This document shows, piece by piece, positions 30,846 to 41,531 of a DNA stretch of 64,000 nt. The position numbers and the translations under genes were made by a program. The notes under the pieces were generated by a model, which did no database searches, had not been told where the DNA came from, and saw only the letters and a list, made by a program, of their open reading frames with translations. The number at the start of each line of letters is the position of its first letter. Within the stretch, counting starts at the first letter, position 1. The stretch spans positions 768,001 to 832,000 of the forward strand of contig CAVVMW010000001.1 of NCBI GenBank assembly GCA_963749495.1, read 5' to 3'. The stretch is from an uncultured bacterium (GTDB lineage: Bacteria > Verrucomicrobiota > Verrucomicrobiia > Limisphaerales > UBA8199).

Positions 30846-31549
30846 AGAGCAGTCGCCACCGGCTCGCGCAGGCGGCTCTCGAACGGGTGGTCATCGTCTT
30901 CGGGCAGGTTGTTCTCGGAGGGGAGGTTTGTGTTTTCATAGGTTTCGAGTTTCTCCATTAAGGGTTGACAGGAGTTGGTCCTTGACGCGCCGCCTCTCCA
31001 TTGACGCAGCGCGGATGAGTGGGAATGAGAAAGCGGTGTTGGTCTCGTGGTTTGCCGAACAGGCGGCCCAAATGCCGGACGCGGGTATAAAATCCGGAAT
31101 GGTGAGCACCCGACGCCTGCTCGCCCGAAGCCCATCTCGCAATTCCCGCCGTCAATTCCATAACCAATCGGCTTCCGAGGAAGACCGTCACGGAACCGGC
31201 AAACTGACTCCCCAACGCTGAACGCTGAGTTCTACCCCGCGAGGCTGTTCCTAAACAAAAACCCAAGGCGGTGTGAAGCAGAATCGCTTTCGAATGGCAG
31301 CCGGCGACCGGTCAGGGAAGGGGGAGATGGAGTTCCGCGGCGGACCCCCGCAGCCCTCCCCCCTTCCGAAGGGGAGAGAGAGAAGCGCCGGCAGTGTTTC
31401 GATCTTCCGGGCGTCTCTGGTTCCACGAGCCGCGTCGGAGCATCCTCCCTCTCCCCATCCGATGGGGAGAGGGTTGGGGTGAGGGGTGGGCCCGCGGTGC
31501 CGCTCCCGCCTTCACTGAGGCATCACTCGGAGCGGGTTTGGCTGCCCCG

Positions 31550-31692
31550 GGCGCATTCGCGAGTGCTTGGTGCCCAGGCGGAGCGCCGACTTGCAGTCGG
31601 CTTAGACCGGACCAAGAGCAACGAATTCGGAAACTGGGTGCGCGTAAAGCCGACTGCAAGTCGGCGCTCCACCAAGCACTCGCGAATGCGCC
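31550..31692. repeat. Palindromic MITE/REP-like element
   Basis: GCGCATTCGCGAGTGCTTGGTG ... CACCAAGCACTCGCGAATGCGC with inner GCCGACTTGCAGTCGGC hairpins. Confidence 0.8.
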
Positions 31693-31750
31693 CGGCTGCC
31701 CCGGGCGAACCGGCTTGAGATTGACTGACGTTTGCCATACATTGTGCGCG

Positions 31751-31990
31751 ATGAAGAATGATGTACTGCAAATCCGGGTTGAACCTGACTTGAGAGCGCT
31801 GATTGACCAGGCGGTAGAACGGACCGGACTGACCAAGAGCGAGGTCTTGCGGCAGGGGCTGCGCAAGGGCGTTCCCGAGGTCGTGCGCGCCCTGGAGGGG
31901 CCACCCAAAAAGACCTTGGTGGATGCGCTGCTGGAGATGAAGGGCCTTGAAATTCCAGAACGCCGTCACCCGATGAAACGCCGGTTATGA
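31751..31990 (+). CDS. RHH/CopG-type antitoxin (VapB-like)
   Basis: LQIRVEPDLRALIDQAVERTGLTKSEVLRQGL; ATGA overlap with the PIN gene. Confidence 0.8.
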   Translation: MKNDVLQIRVEPDLRALIDQAVERTGLTKSEVLRQGLRKGVPEVVRALEGPPKKTLVDALLEMKGLEIPERRHPMKRRL

Positions 31991-32412
31991 GATACGTGCT
32001 GGACACCAATATCGTCAGCGAGACCAGCAGGCCGAGGCCCGACGCCCTGTGCCTGGCGTGGCTAAGCCGCCATGCCGCCGATTGCTGCCTGACCACCATC
32101 ACGCTGGCGGAGATGCGCTATGGGGTAGAGCGGTTGCCGGAGGGCAAGCGCCGACGCGAGTTGGCCCGAAAGTATGAATTCATCCGGCAGGACTTTCGAG
32201 ATTGGATACTGGATTTCGATGAGGCCGCCGCGAGCGAATTCGGCCGGTACGTGGCCGAGCTCGAAGCCGCGCGGGGCGCACAGGCGGTGGAGGCAGCCGA
32301 CATCCGCGATTTGCAAATTGCCGCCATTGCCCGCGCCCAAGGATGGACCGTCGCCACTCGCAATACTGCACATTTCCCGTTTGTGGAGACGGTCAATCCG
32401 TTCGACGCGTGA
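31987..32412 (+). CDS. vapC: PIN-domain toxin
   Basis: YVLDTNIVSE, E, DLQIAAIA, VATRNTAHF, NPF. Confidence 0.92.
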   Translation: MRYVLDTNIVSETSRPRPDALCLAWLSRHAADCCLTTITLAEMRYGVERLPEGKRRRELARKYEFIRQDFRDWILDFDEAAASEFGRYVAELEAARGAQAVEAADIRDLQIAAIARAQGWTVATRNTAHFPFVETVNPFDA

Positions 32413-32513
32413 ACCCTGGCCGTGCCAGGACCCACAGTGTGGAGCGTGAGAGCGTGGAGGAGGGACGCCGCGACCGCTTGGGGAGCCCGTCGCGGCTTTC
32501 GGAAGGGCAATGA

Positions 32514-32585
32514 AAGCGCAGAGACGCAATGAACGCAGAGAAGACAAACGAAACCAATCTCTGCGTTCATTGCGTCTCTGCGGTT
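32514..32585. repeat. REP-like hairpin
   Basis: CGCAGAGACGCAATGAACGCAGAG ... CTCTGCGTTCATTGCGTCTCTGCG. Confidence 0.75.
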
Positions 32586-32590
32586 AAATA

Positions 32591-33405
32591 GAACTGATAA
32601 GAATTTGCTTTTTCGCCGCGCCCCCGGTTTTGACGCTACGCGGGTGAGGGAGAATTGGTTTCTGGCCGCATTCATCACGGGGGGATGATGCAGGAGCGGC
32701 ACGCGCCCGTCAACCGGCACATTCTGCCGGTTCCTGGGCGGTTTTGGCGGCGGGGTCGGAAGCGGCAGCCAGGGCAGGAACCTGCGCAGAAATGGGCTTG
32801 GTTACCCCCCGGCCTGGGCGTCGAAGGGCCGTCGCCGGGCAACGTTGTTCGGTCCCGAGGGCCTTAAGCCAGCGGCGCTCAATTTGTCAGCACGTTCTCG
32901 TAATTTGGGGTGGGGTCCACGTCGTCACAGGGTTCGTAGGTGTAAGGCCCTGCGGCGCCCGGAGGGGACAACCCGGCGGGCCTGCCTGCCGTAGCCTCGG
33001 CGCAGGCGGGCGGGTCGTGCCAGGCGCCGAGATGGCGAAGAATCTTCTCAACGACGCGCGGGTCGTCAATCACCGCGATGACGCGCATCGGGTTTTGGCA
33101 GACGGGACAGCGGAGGGGATCGATATGCCAGACGCGGAGGATCCGCCTTCGCTAAAGCTACGGCGGGACAGGTCCGCCTTCGCTAAAGCTACGGCGGGAC
33201 AGGTCCGCCTTCGCTAAAGCTACGGCGGGACAGGTCCGCCTTCGCTGGAGCTACGGCGGGACAAGTCAGGTTGCGCCCTTTCTTTGAGGGGAGCTTGAGG
33301 GGCGGCGGGGAAACGCCTGGGCGGTGGGGGGCCAACTCCGGCGGCAGGCCTCGGTGGCGAACGCAACGCATTTTGTTGCTGTACCAACCGTAGTAGCGTA
33401 GCGGG
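32591..33405 (-). mobile_element. IS91-family remnant: transposase C-terminus plus oriIS end
   Basis: LRYYGWYSNK (Y2 motif), LRVWHIDPLRCPVCQNPMRVIAVI..ILRHLG; downstream GCGAAAAAGCAAATTCTTATCA|GTTC. Confidence 0.8.
33142..33263 (+). repeat. 4 x 31-bp tandem REP-like repeat inside the IS91 remnant
   Basis: TCCGCCTTCGCTAAAGCTACGGCGGGACAGG with no spacers; single copy at 30652-30681. Confidence 0.92.
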
Positions 33406-33621
33406 CTCACAACAGCTTATTTTCACTTTCCTGGGCATCCGCTTCTCTTGGGTTCCGGGTTTTGTCGCGGGTTCGGAACGAGGTTTTTCCACAATTCTCC
33501 ACCGGTCCCGGCGCCTGAGCCCGGCGAGTCAGCCTGCCGGCAAGTCGCTGGGATTGGTGCGGATGACGGTGAGAGAGACCATTGGGTGCGATTAAAAGCG
33601 TCGGACGTGCGCCTCGGGAGT

Positions 33622-33812
33622 TTTGTCCCGGAGGGACATCTGACAATAGCCCGGCGTTTCAACGCCGGGGAGGCCACAAAAGGGACCCTCGTCCCGAAGG
33701 GACGACTGAGAACATTCCTGGCTTTCAGCCGTCCCTTCGGGACGGACCTGCTCCTTGGGTCCGCTCACCCGGCGTTGAAACGCCGGGCTATTCTCGGAAG
33801 CCCCTCCGGGGC
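33622..33812. repeat. REP-like compound palindrome
   Basis: AATAGCCCGGCGTTTCAACGCCGGG ... CCCGGCGTTGAAACGCCGGGCTATT. Confidence 0.8.
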
Positions 33813-33934
33813 AAAAAGGCGCCTTGGGCTGACCGACAGTTTTAATCTCGCCCGAGACCATTGTCGAACTTGACTTGTGATTTGCCTTCCGAATATAAAG
33901 CGTCATGTATGTTTAGTCGCTGGATAGAATCTCG

Positions 33935-35930
33935 CTACTCGATATTCTTGAGCGCGGCCTCGGCGGCCCAGCGCACGCGGGGCAGTTTCGCCATCTCTTT
34001 CAGGAACGGCACCGCGGGCACCGCCGCCGGCCGGCCGATGGCCCCGAGAGCGGACACATAGGAGCGCAAGACCTGGATGTGTTCATCCTTGGCCGAGCCC
34101 GCGGCGAGCAGGGCCGGGACGGCAGGCGCCGCTTCGGGTCCGATGCCCGCGAGCGCGTTTGCGGACATGAGCCGCACGTTCGGGTCGCTGTCCTTCAAAG
34201 CCGCCGTCAGCGCCCCGAGCGCCGGGCGCGCGGCCTTTCCGCGGTCGCGCAGGGCGATCGCCGCCAGCCCGCGCATCACGGGGTCGGGATCGGACAGCGC
34301 CTGCGCGACTTCGGCGACGGTGCCCGCGGGGAATCTCGGCTCCTTCACTTGGGCGGCTGCGGCCCATGCCGCCGGACCAGTGCGGGCCAGGACGATATTA
34401 TCCACACCCAGGTTGTAGCGCGAGGCGGCCGCGTTTTTCCCGACGCAGATGTAGGCCAGGGTGTGGCGCCCCCGTGTCAGGCGCGGCCACCCTACCTGGT
34501 AAGCTGCCCCCACGTAGGTTTCAAACGCGTAGCCGTCGAACGCCGTCCGCGGCAGGATATCGGCACCGGGCTCGTGTTCGAGTTGGGATGCGACCGGCGC
34601 CTTGCCGTCGAGCAGGATGCTGTAGATGCCATAATCCGAGGCCTGCGCCAGCTCCGTATAGACCTCGTAATCGCCATCCTCAGGGACATCGAACGGGAGC
34701 TCGAGCTTCGAACCTTTGCCTTCCGCTTCGAAGAGGATGACGTCCTTGGACCAGAAGAGGTCGCGGACGACCGAGGTCTTGCCGCCCTCGGCCCTGGCTT
34801 GGGGCAGCGAATTCTCGACTTCGATCTGGATGGCGTTGCCTTGAGGGAGCCGGGCCGGCCCATACGGCACCGGCGGTTGGTCGTGCGCGACCCCTTCCTG
34901 GTACCAGAACGCCACGCTGGACATCAGGTCCGTGCGCTCCCCGAAGGCCGACTTTACGGAACCATCGGCGTTATAGGTCCAGCCCTTATGTTCGATGTCG
35001 AACTTGAGCGACCTGGTGAAAGGTATCGGGTCGAACAGGTGCCAGCGGTACGCGGTCATCCGCGAGCCCAGGTCGGTGCCGTCGGCCACTGTCACTCCGT
35101 AGTTGGGACCGTCAACCACGTGCAAACCCCAGGCATCGTTGAAATAATCCTCCGTCCCGGTCCCCTCGATGGACGGCCGCGCCTCGCCGTCCACCCAGAA
35201 GTGATCGTCGCCCTCTCCGAACCAGCCCGCCTCGGCCTGGACCACCGAGAGCACCGTGCCCACGTAATGCCCCCTGCCCTTCACGTTCAGAAACTCGTAC
35301 GGCGCGCCATCCGCCGGCGCCGGCAAGGCCTGGCGATAGCGGGCGTGAAAATACAGCGTGCTCTTGGGCAACGATGGAACTTTCTGCCAGTCCACGTGGT
35401 AATAAAGATTGGAGGCGCGGCGCCGGCCTTCATTGGTGACCGTGACCTTGCAGGCCTTCCGGAACGGCATCGGCCAATAGCAATTCCTGGCCCGGCCCTC
35501 CGAACTGTCGCGGACCATCAGGGACCGTACGCCCCGTTCCATCCCGTGGCCGACCGCAAAGAAATCGCCCACCGGCGCGTCCACGCTCGGTTCGGCATCG
35601 CCGTCGTAGTAGATGCGCAGCCGGAGCAGCCGCGGCCAGCCGGTACTCGTTGTCCGCGATGGTCACCCAGAGATGGGTCACCACGCCGGGCCCCTTCAGA
35701 TCGGCGAGCACGATGGTCTCGCCTGGGATGGGGCGCTTGCTATCGTCATTTGAGTTCCAATCCGGGTTGTTCGAGGACGCGCGGTGTGCCGTGAAGTTCT
35801 TCGGTTCGACCAGGCGAAAGGGGTCGGGAAACCCCGCCGCCGGTTCCTGGGCGGGCACCGCTGCGCCGGCCATGGCCAGGGCCGCCGCCAGCAGGGCGGC
35901 AAAACGGATAGGCTTCTCGTTGGGCTTCAT
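33935..35930 (-). CDS. DUF2961 (GH172-like) protein with C-terminal HEAT repeats (frameshift near 35641)
   Basis: GPGVVTHLW, PVGDFF, PMPF, WFGEGD, GTGTEDYF, YRWHLFDPIPF; ALSDPDPVMR / ALKDSDPNVR repeats. Confidence 0.85.
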
Positions 35931-35986
35931 GCCCGCCATTATGCCGCCCCACCCCCCCGCGTCAAGGAACGCATCTTGTCAGTAAC

Positions 35987-36120
35987 GTGGGGCAGACCTC
36001 CGGTCTGCCAGTTAAAGCCTCCTCTGGAGGCGTGTCTGCCTTGGCTGGGGAGGCGCCGGGCAGCTTCGGAACCACGGGGCCAGAGGCCCCGCCAACCGGC
36101 AGACCAGAGGTCTGCCCCAC
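35987..36120. repeat. REP-like palindrome
   Basis: GTGGGGCAGACCTCCGGTCTGCC ... GGCAGACCAGAGGTCTGCCCCAC. Confidence 0.8.
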
Positions 36121-36489
36121 GGAACAAGCTCATGCTATGGTGGTACTGGCAAGATGCGCCCCGCGTCAAGGCGAGCCGGATTCCGGGGTTGCCGGAACGA
36201 CTCCCGATCCACCCAGAAACACAAAGTACTCAACCACGGCGGCGCCCACCACGAACTTGTGTTCGCGGATCATTCGCAGGGTTTGTGCAGGGGGCTACGG
36301 AATGGGCCGAAACCGGCAGCGCAAGCTCTGCCAGCTCCGCCCGGTGGGCCGCAGCGCTCGTGGGAGAGACGTAATGCGTCGAAAACAGTTCCTCCATGCC
36401 AGGATCGCCGTGCTTGGTGAAACAAAGTCATTTTAACGTCTCTTCGCCAGCGAGCAAGCCTGGTTTCATTTCCATTTCATTTTGCCGGG

Positions 36490-37551
36490 TTATGAACCGC
36501 TCCCCCCAAACCGCCCCAGTTGTGCCAGCGCGTCGCTTGCTGCCGGAAGCGATTCCACCAAACGCACCGGCACACCGATGGACTCACCGGCGGGGCGCAG
36601 CACCTCGAGCAGGTCTTTCGAGTCCACATGAATGGCACCGGGCCGCGCCTTGGCGGCGAGCAGCCCCTTTACGAGTACTTTGACTGCCACCTCGCGCAAC
36701 GGCGCGGCCCCGTGGACAATCTGCGAGCTCAATATGTAAAAGGAGGCCCTGTCCGACAGCAGCCCGATACGTCCACAAACCGGCCGATGCGCCTCTTCGT
36801 CGAAAAAGGACATTTCGGGCGTGAGCCGCGCCAACAGCTCGAAGATGAGTGCCGACCGCACTGGCAGGTCCTGGAGCGCTGTCCGATCCTCCGCGCTCAG
36901 CACGACCGGTTCGGGCGGAGGGACCGGTCCGGGCACCAGCGGCAGCCACTCGATTTCCTCCGGCCGCAGTGAATCCTCCGGTCCGGCTGGCACGAGCGGC
37001 ACTTCGCCCGCGGGATGGTTCTGATACAGTGTCGCCGTGTCTTTGAGCAGCCGGGCGAACCGGTTCACCTTCTGAATGAAATCGGCCAACTGGCGTGCCT
37101 CGGTTTGATTCGGGAACCACGGAAACCATCCCGGCTCGCAACTGGAGAATTTGGGCCACACCGGGCCACGGCCCGCCGGTTTGTAGGCGGCGTTCGCCAG
37201 CGTCTCCTGGTCCGTACGGCGAAGCTCCCTCTTGCTGGTCCATTCAACTTGCAGATAATCCAGCGCCTCAATCACCGCCTCGGGATCGGGGCCGATAGGT
37301 TCCGTCGCCATCTTGTGGATGTAGCGCAATCCCAACGCGCGGCGATAAAAGATCACCCCAAACACCTGCCGCAGCGCGCCCAGCACCGAAGCCACGTGCA
37401 ACTCGCCGGTGGTCGCGTCCCGGACACCAACCAGGTGCAGGTCGGACATGAACTCCCACGGCTTGAGTTCCGCAATGCGCACGGACGCCGCTACCAGCGG
37501 GCGTGCAAGTTCAGCCGGGAGACCCGGCGGCAAATAGGATTTCGCAGGCAC
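36490..37551 (-). CDS. Hypothetical protein (DUF6930/DUF7309-like)
   Basis: LKPWEFMSD...SVLGA..WPKFSS..PGWFPW pattern; long clean ORF just downstream of tRNA-Pro. Confidence 0.65.
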   Translation of the reverse strand: MPAKSYLPPGLPAELARPLVAASVRIAELKPWEFMSDLHLVGVRDATTGELHVASVLGALRQVFGVIFYRRALGLRYIHKMATEPIGPDPEAVIEALDYLQVEWTSKRELRRTDQETLANAAYKPAGRGPVWPKFSSCEPGWFPWFPNQTEARQLADFIQKVNRFARLLKDTATLYQNHPAGEVPLVPAGPEDSLRPEEIEWLPLVPGPVPPPEPVVLSAEDRTALQDLPVRSALIFELLARLTPEMSFFDEEAHRPVCGRIGLLSDRASFYILSSQIVHGAAPLREVAVKVLVKGLLAAKARPGAIHVDSKDLLEVLRPAGESIGVPVRLVESLPAASDALAQLGRFGGSGS

Positions 37552-37693
37552 CAGGCTAAGATGGATGATTCTTTACGGCTTGTGAACGAAAAAACCAGAG
37601 CAGAGTGCGGCCTCAGTCAGGCAGAGCAGGCGTCGCCGAACGCGCCGTGTCCCCGTCATTTCAGGACTTCTTACGAGGTGTCTGGGAAGGAGA

Positions 37694-37770
37694 TGGTCGG
37701 GGCGGTGAGATTTGAACTCACGACCTTCTGAACCCCATTCAGACGCGCTACCAAGCTACGCTACGCCCCG
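37694..37770 (-). tRNA. tRNA-Pro (GGG)
   Basis: CGGGGCG...CGCCCCG acceptor stem, TCTGA-ATGGGGT-TCAGA anticodon arm, GTTCAAATC, CCA. Confidence 0.96.
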
Positions 37771-37884
37771 AACCATCGGGCAGGCCCGTCGAGCCGGCAC
37801 GTGGGAATACTACCCCGGCACGGAGGGATTTCAACTACGAAAGTGCGGGTCCAACCCGTTCAGGGCGGACGACAGAAATCTTCG

Positions 37885-37940
37885 CTGCCGCATAAATGCG
37901 GCGTTCCGAGGCGAACCGGAACGCCGCATTTATGCGGCAG
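37885..37940. repeat. REP-like hairpin after rho (possible terminator/stabiliser)
   Basis: CTGCCGCATAAATGCGGCGTTCC ... GGAACGCCGCATTTATGCGGCAG. Confidence 0.75.
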
Positions 37941-37980
37941 GCGGGCGCTTAGGAAGAAATCTGTCGCGCGCTCAGCCGGT

Positions 37981-39795
37981 TCAGCTCACGGTCATGCCGA
38001 GGAGGAACTCGATGTTGCTGCCGGTCTTCTTGAGCTTGTTGAGGACCAGTTCCATGGCCTCGACGGGCGGCACGCCGGTGAGGGCGCGGCGGAGGATGAC
38101 CACGCGGTTGTATTCGTCGGGGTGGTAGAGCAATTCCTCTTTGCGGGTGCCGGAGAGCTCGATGTTGATCGAGGGGAAGATGCGGCGGTCCACCAGGGCG
38201 CGGTCCAGACACACCTCCATGTTGCCGGTGCCCTTGAACTCCTCGAAGATGACTTCGTCCATGCGCGAACCGGTATCGACCAGGGCGGTGGCGATGATGG
38301 TGAGCGAGCCGCCCTCTTCGATGTTGCGGGCGGCGCCGAAGAACCGCTTGGGCTTGTGCAGGGCGTTGGCGTCCACGCCGCCCGAGAGGATCTTGCCCGA
38401 GTGCGGCTGGACCGTGTTGTAGGCGCGCGCCAGGCGGGTGATCGAGTCGAGCAGGATGACGACGTCGCGTTTGTGCTCGATCATGCGCTTGGCCTTTTCG
38501 CTGACCATCTCGGCCACCTGGACGTGCCGTTCGGGCGGCTCGTCGAAGGTGGAACTGATGACCTCGGCCCCGCGGCAGGACCGCTCCATGTCGGTGACCT
38601 CCTCGGGCCGCTCATCGATGAGCAGGATGAAGAGGTAGGCCTCGGGATTGTTTTTGAGAATCGCGTTGGCCAGCTTCTGCATCAGGACCGTCTTGCCCGT
38701 GCGAGGCGGGGCGACGATCAGCCCGCGCGTCCCTTTGCCGATCGGGCACACCAAATCGAGCACGCGCGTCGAGAGTTCGTCCGCGACCGTCTCCAGGATG
38801 AACCGTTTGTCGGGAAAGAGCGGCGTCAGGTTGTCGAAGTGGGTCTTGTCCTTGGCCTTGTCGGGGTCTTCCTGGTCGACCGCCTCGACCTTGAGCAGGG
38901 CGAAGAACCGCTCCTTTTCCTTGGGCGGGCGGATCTGGCCGGCGATGAGGTTGCCGGTCTGCAGGTCGAAGCGGCGGATCTGCGAGGGCGAGACGTAGAT
39001 GTCTTCCGGGCAGGGCAGGTAATTGAAGCTCTGTGAGCGCAGGAAGCCGAACCCCTCGGGCAGCACCTCCAGCACGCCTTCCGAGAACAACACGCCCGCC
39101 CGCTCGGCGTTCTTCTGGAGGATGTGAAAGATGACCTCGTGCTTGCGCATCGTGCCGAAGTTCTCGACCCCGAGCTCGCGCGCCATTTGGTTGAGTTCTG
39201 TCATCGACAGGCTCTGCAGCTTGGCGATGTTGAGGGAAGCGGCGATGCGGTCTTTATCGGGGCCTGAGGAGACCGGCGGTTCGGCGTGCCGTTCGGCCCG
39301 GTCAGGCCCCGCCCTCTGGTCGCCCTTGCCGGGCCGGTCCTGCCGGCGCTTGCCCTGCCTCTCGGGCCTCTGTTGGGCGGGCGCGCGCTGCTCGGCGCCC
39401 TGCTCCGGGGCAAAGCTGCGCGGCGCCGCATCGGGCCCCGGCGGCTTCTGGGCCATCTGCGGAATCTCCGGAGCGCGCTCCTCCTCCCGGGTGGCTGTCT
39501 GCGCGCCTTGCTCGGCGGCAGGCGGGGCCTCGGTTTGGGCCTGGGCGGTCGTTGCCTCGGGTTGGTCACGGCGCCGCGCGCGCTCGGCCCTCTCCTGCAC
39601 GGGCCTGGCGGGTTGAACCGGCAGCTCGGGCTGCTCGACGCGGGGCCTTTCCAGGGGCGGCTCCTCGGCCCGGACCGGGGATGCCTCCACCGCCGTCGTC
39701 ACGGAGGCCGGCTCGATAACATCGCCGTTGGGTCCGCGCTCAGCGGGCTGGGTCTTGGGCGTTTTGGTCTTGGCCTTCTTTGTGGCTCTTGGCAT
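37981..39795 (-). CDS. rho: Transcription termination factor Rho, long form with disordered N-terminus
   Basis: [57 protein letters not shown]. Confidence 0.97.
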   Translation of the reverse strand: MPRATKKAKTKTPKTQPAERGPNGDVIEPASVTTAVEASPVRAEEPPLERPRVEQPELPVQPARPVQERAERARRRDQPEATTAQAQTEAPPAAEQGAQTATREEERAPEIPQMAQKPPGPDAAPRSFAPEQGAEQRAPAQQRPERQGKRRQDRPGKGDQRAGPDRAERHAEPPVSSGPDKDRIAASLNIAKLQSLSMTELNQMARELGVENFGTMRKHEVIFHILQKNAERAGVLFSEGVLEVLPEGFGFLRSQSFNYLPCPEDIYVSPSQIRRFDLQTGNLIAGQIRPPKEKERFFALLKVEAVDQEDPDKAKDKTHFDNLTPLFPDKRFILETVADELSTRVLDLVCPIGKGTRGLIVAPPRTGKTVLMQKLANAILKNNPEAYLFILLIDERPEEVTDMERSCRGAEVISSTFDEPPERHVQVAEMVSEKAKRMIEHKRDVVILLDSITRLARAYNTVQPHSGKILSGGVDANALHKPKRFFGAARNIEEGGSLTIIATALVDTGSRMDEVIFEEFKGTGNMEVCLDRALVDRRIFPSINIELSGTRKEELLYHPDEYNRVVILRRALTGVPPVEAMELVLNKLKKTGSNIEFLLGMTVS

Positions 39796-40112
39796 AGCTC
39801 AGAATAGCAGATTCAAACTATAACTCAGTTTCAGCAGGTGAGATTCAACTCAAGGCTGTTTGCCCGGCTCCTGATTGGACGGACAAGGCTTCGATCAGTT
39901 CAATTTGGAACGGTTACCAACCGGGAGCACGCGGCAAAGGTCGTAAAAATCAGGCATGACAGCAAGATAAATCTTGCTGCAAACCTTTCATAGCTTGCCG
40001 CACAGCGGCGGGCGTGTCAAGGGAAACGGAGGGCTTCAAAAAAAGAGCTTGCCGCCCGGGCGCTTATGGCCAACATTCTCTGGCAGAAACTTCATTGAAT
40101 CCTTTGAATTAT

Positions 40113-41096
40113 ATGGGACGCGTCTATAACGATATTGTCGAGACCGTCGGCCGGACCCCCCTGGTCCGGTTGAACAAGGTCACGGCGGGATTGCCGGCCA
40201 CCCTCCTGCTCAAGTGCGAGTTTTTCAATCCGCTTGGCAGCGTCAAGGACCGCATCGGCATGGCGATGATCGAGGATGCGGAACGGCGCGGGGTCCTCAA
40301 GCGGGACACGGTGATCATCGAGCCGACCAGCGGCAATACCGGCATTGCGCTCGCCTTCGTGGCGGCGGCGCGGGGCTACCAACTCATCCTGACGATGCCC
40401 GAGACGATGTCGCTGGAACGTCGCACTTTGCTGGCGATGCTCGGCGCCCGGCTCGTGCTGACCCCCGGCACGGAGGGCATGAAAGGGGCCATCGCCAAGG
40501 CCGAGCAGTTGGCCAAGGAAACTCCCCATGCCTGGATCCCCCAGCAATTCGAAAACCCCGCAAACCCGGAGATCCATCGCCGGACCACCGCCGAGGAGAT
40601 CTGGGCCGACACGGACGGCAAAGTGGACATCCTGATCTCCGCCGTCGGCACCGGCGGCACCATTACCGGCTGCTGCGAGGTCATCAAACCGCGCAAACCC
40701 TCCTTCCAGGCCATTGCGGTCGAGCCCAAGGACTCGCCCGTGATCTCCCAGGCCCTGGCCGGCCAACCGCTCAAACCGGGGCCGCATAAGATCCAGGGCA
40801 CCGGCGCCGGATTCATCCCCAAGAACCTGCACCTCAAAGACTCCAAGGGCAACCCCCAGATTGTCGAGTGCATCCAGGTCACCAACGACGATTCCTTTGC
40901 CATGGCGCGGCGTCTGGCCAAGGAAGAAGGCATCCTGGCCGGCATCTCTTCCGGGGCCAACGTCTGGGCGGCCATCGAGGTGGCCAAACGTCCCGAGAAC
41001 CAGGGCAAGCTCATCGTGACCATCGCCTGCTCGACCGGCGAACGCTACCTGAGCACCCCACTGGCCGCCGAGGCACGCTCCCAGGTCGGAGGGTGA
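40113..41096 (+). CDS. cysK: Cysteine synthase A
   Basis: [40 protein letters not shown]. Confidence 0.96.
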   Translation: MGRVYNDIVETVGRTPLVRLNKVTAGLPATLLLKCEFFNPLGSVKDRIGMAMIEDAERRGVLKRDTVIIEPTSGNTGIALAFVAAARGYQLILTMPETMSLERRTLLAMLGARLVLTPGTEGMKGAIAKAEQLAKETPHAWIPQQFENPANPEIHRRTTAEEIWADTDGKVDILISAVGTGGTITGCCEVIKPRKPSFQAIAVEPKDSPVISQALAGQPLKPGPHKIQGTGAGFIPKNLHLKDSKGNPQIVECIQVTNDDSFAMARRLAKEEGILAGISSGANVWAAIEVAKRPENQGKLIVTIACSTGERYLSTPLAAEARSQVGG

Positions 41097-41531
41097 AGGG
41101 AGTGCGGAGTGCGGAGTGCGGAGTGTCCCGGCCAGTCGGGATTTCGCTCCGCTCAAGGGACTTTGGTGCGGAATGACGAATGACGAATGACGAATGACGA
41201 ATAGGCAGGGCTGGGCACAGAGCGTGGTGGGGGGGAAGAGGGCGGTCCTCGTCCCGCAGTCCCTTTGGTCACTTTTGTCCCTTAATTACAGGCGAGGCCC
41301 GGTTTGGCCGGCCCCCGGGCCTGGTCCCAATCAGAAGGATTCTGAAAAAAAGTTGTTGCACATTAGCCGTTTTGCCGCTACATATGAAGTGTAGCGAGGG
41401 TCTGTTAGCCGCGGATGGCGGTTGAAAAAGGGGCTGGAACCATCCTCGGCTGCTTCCCAAGATTCAATTTTCATTAAGTGGTTTTCGGGGATCAGTTCCG
41501 AAAAGCCTTCGCCTGCACTCAGATTAGTAGT

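Noticed and set aside
33142..33263. CRISPR array (31-bp repeats)
   Set aside because: Head-to-tail tandem without spacers; REP-like palindrome.
2140..37693. Prophage or ICE
   Set aside because: No integrase, phage structural, relaxase or T4SS genes and no att duplication found.
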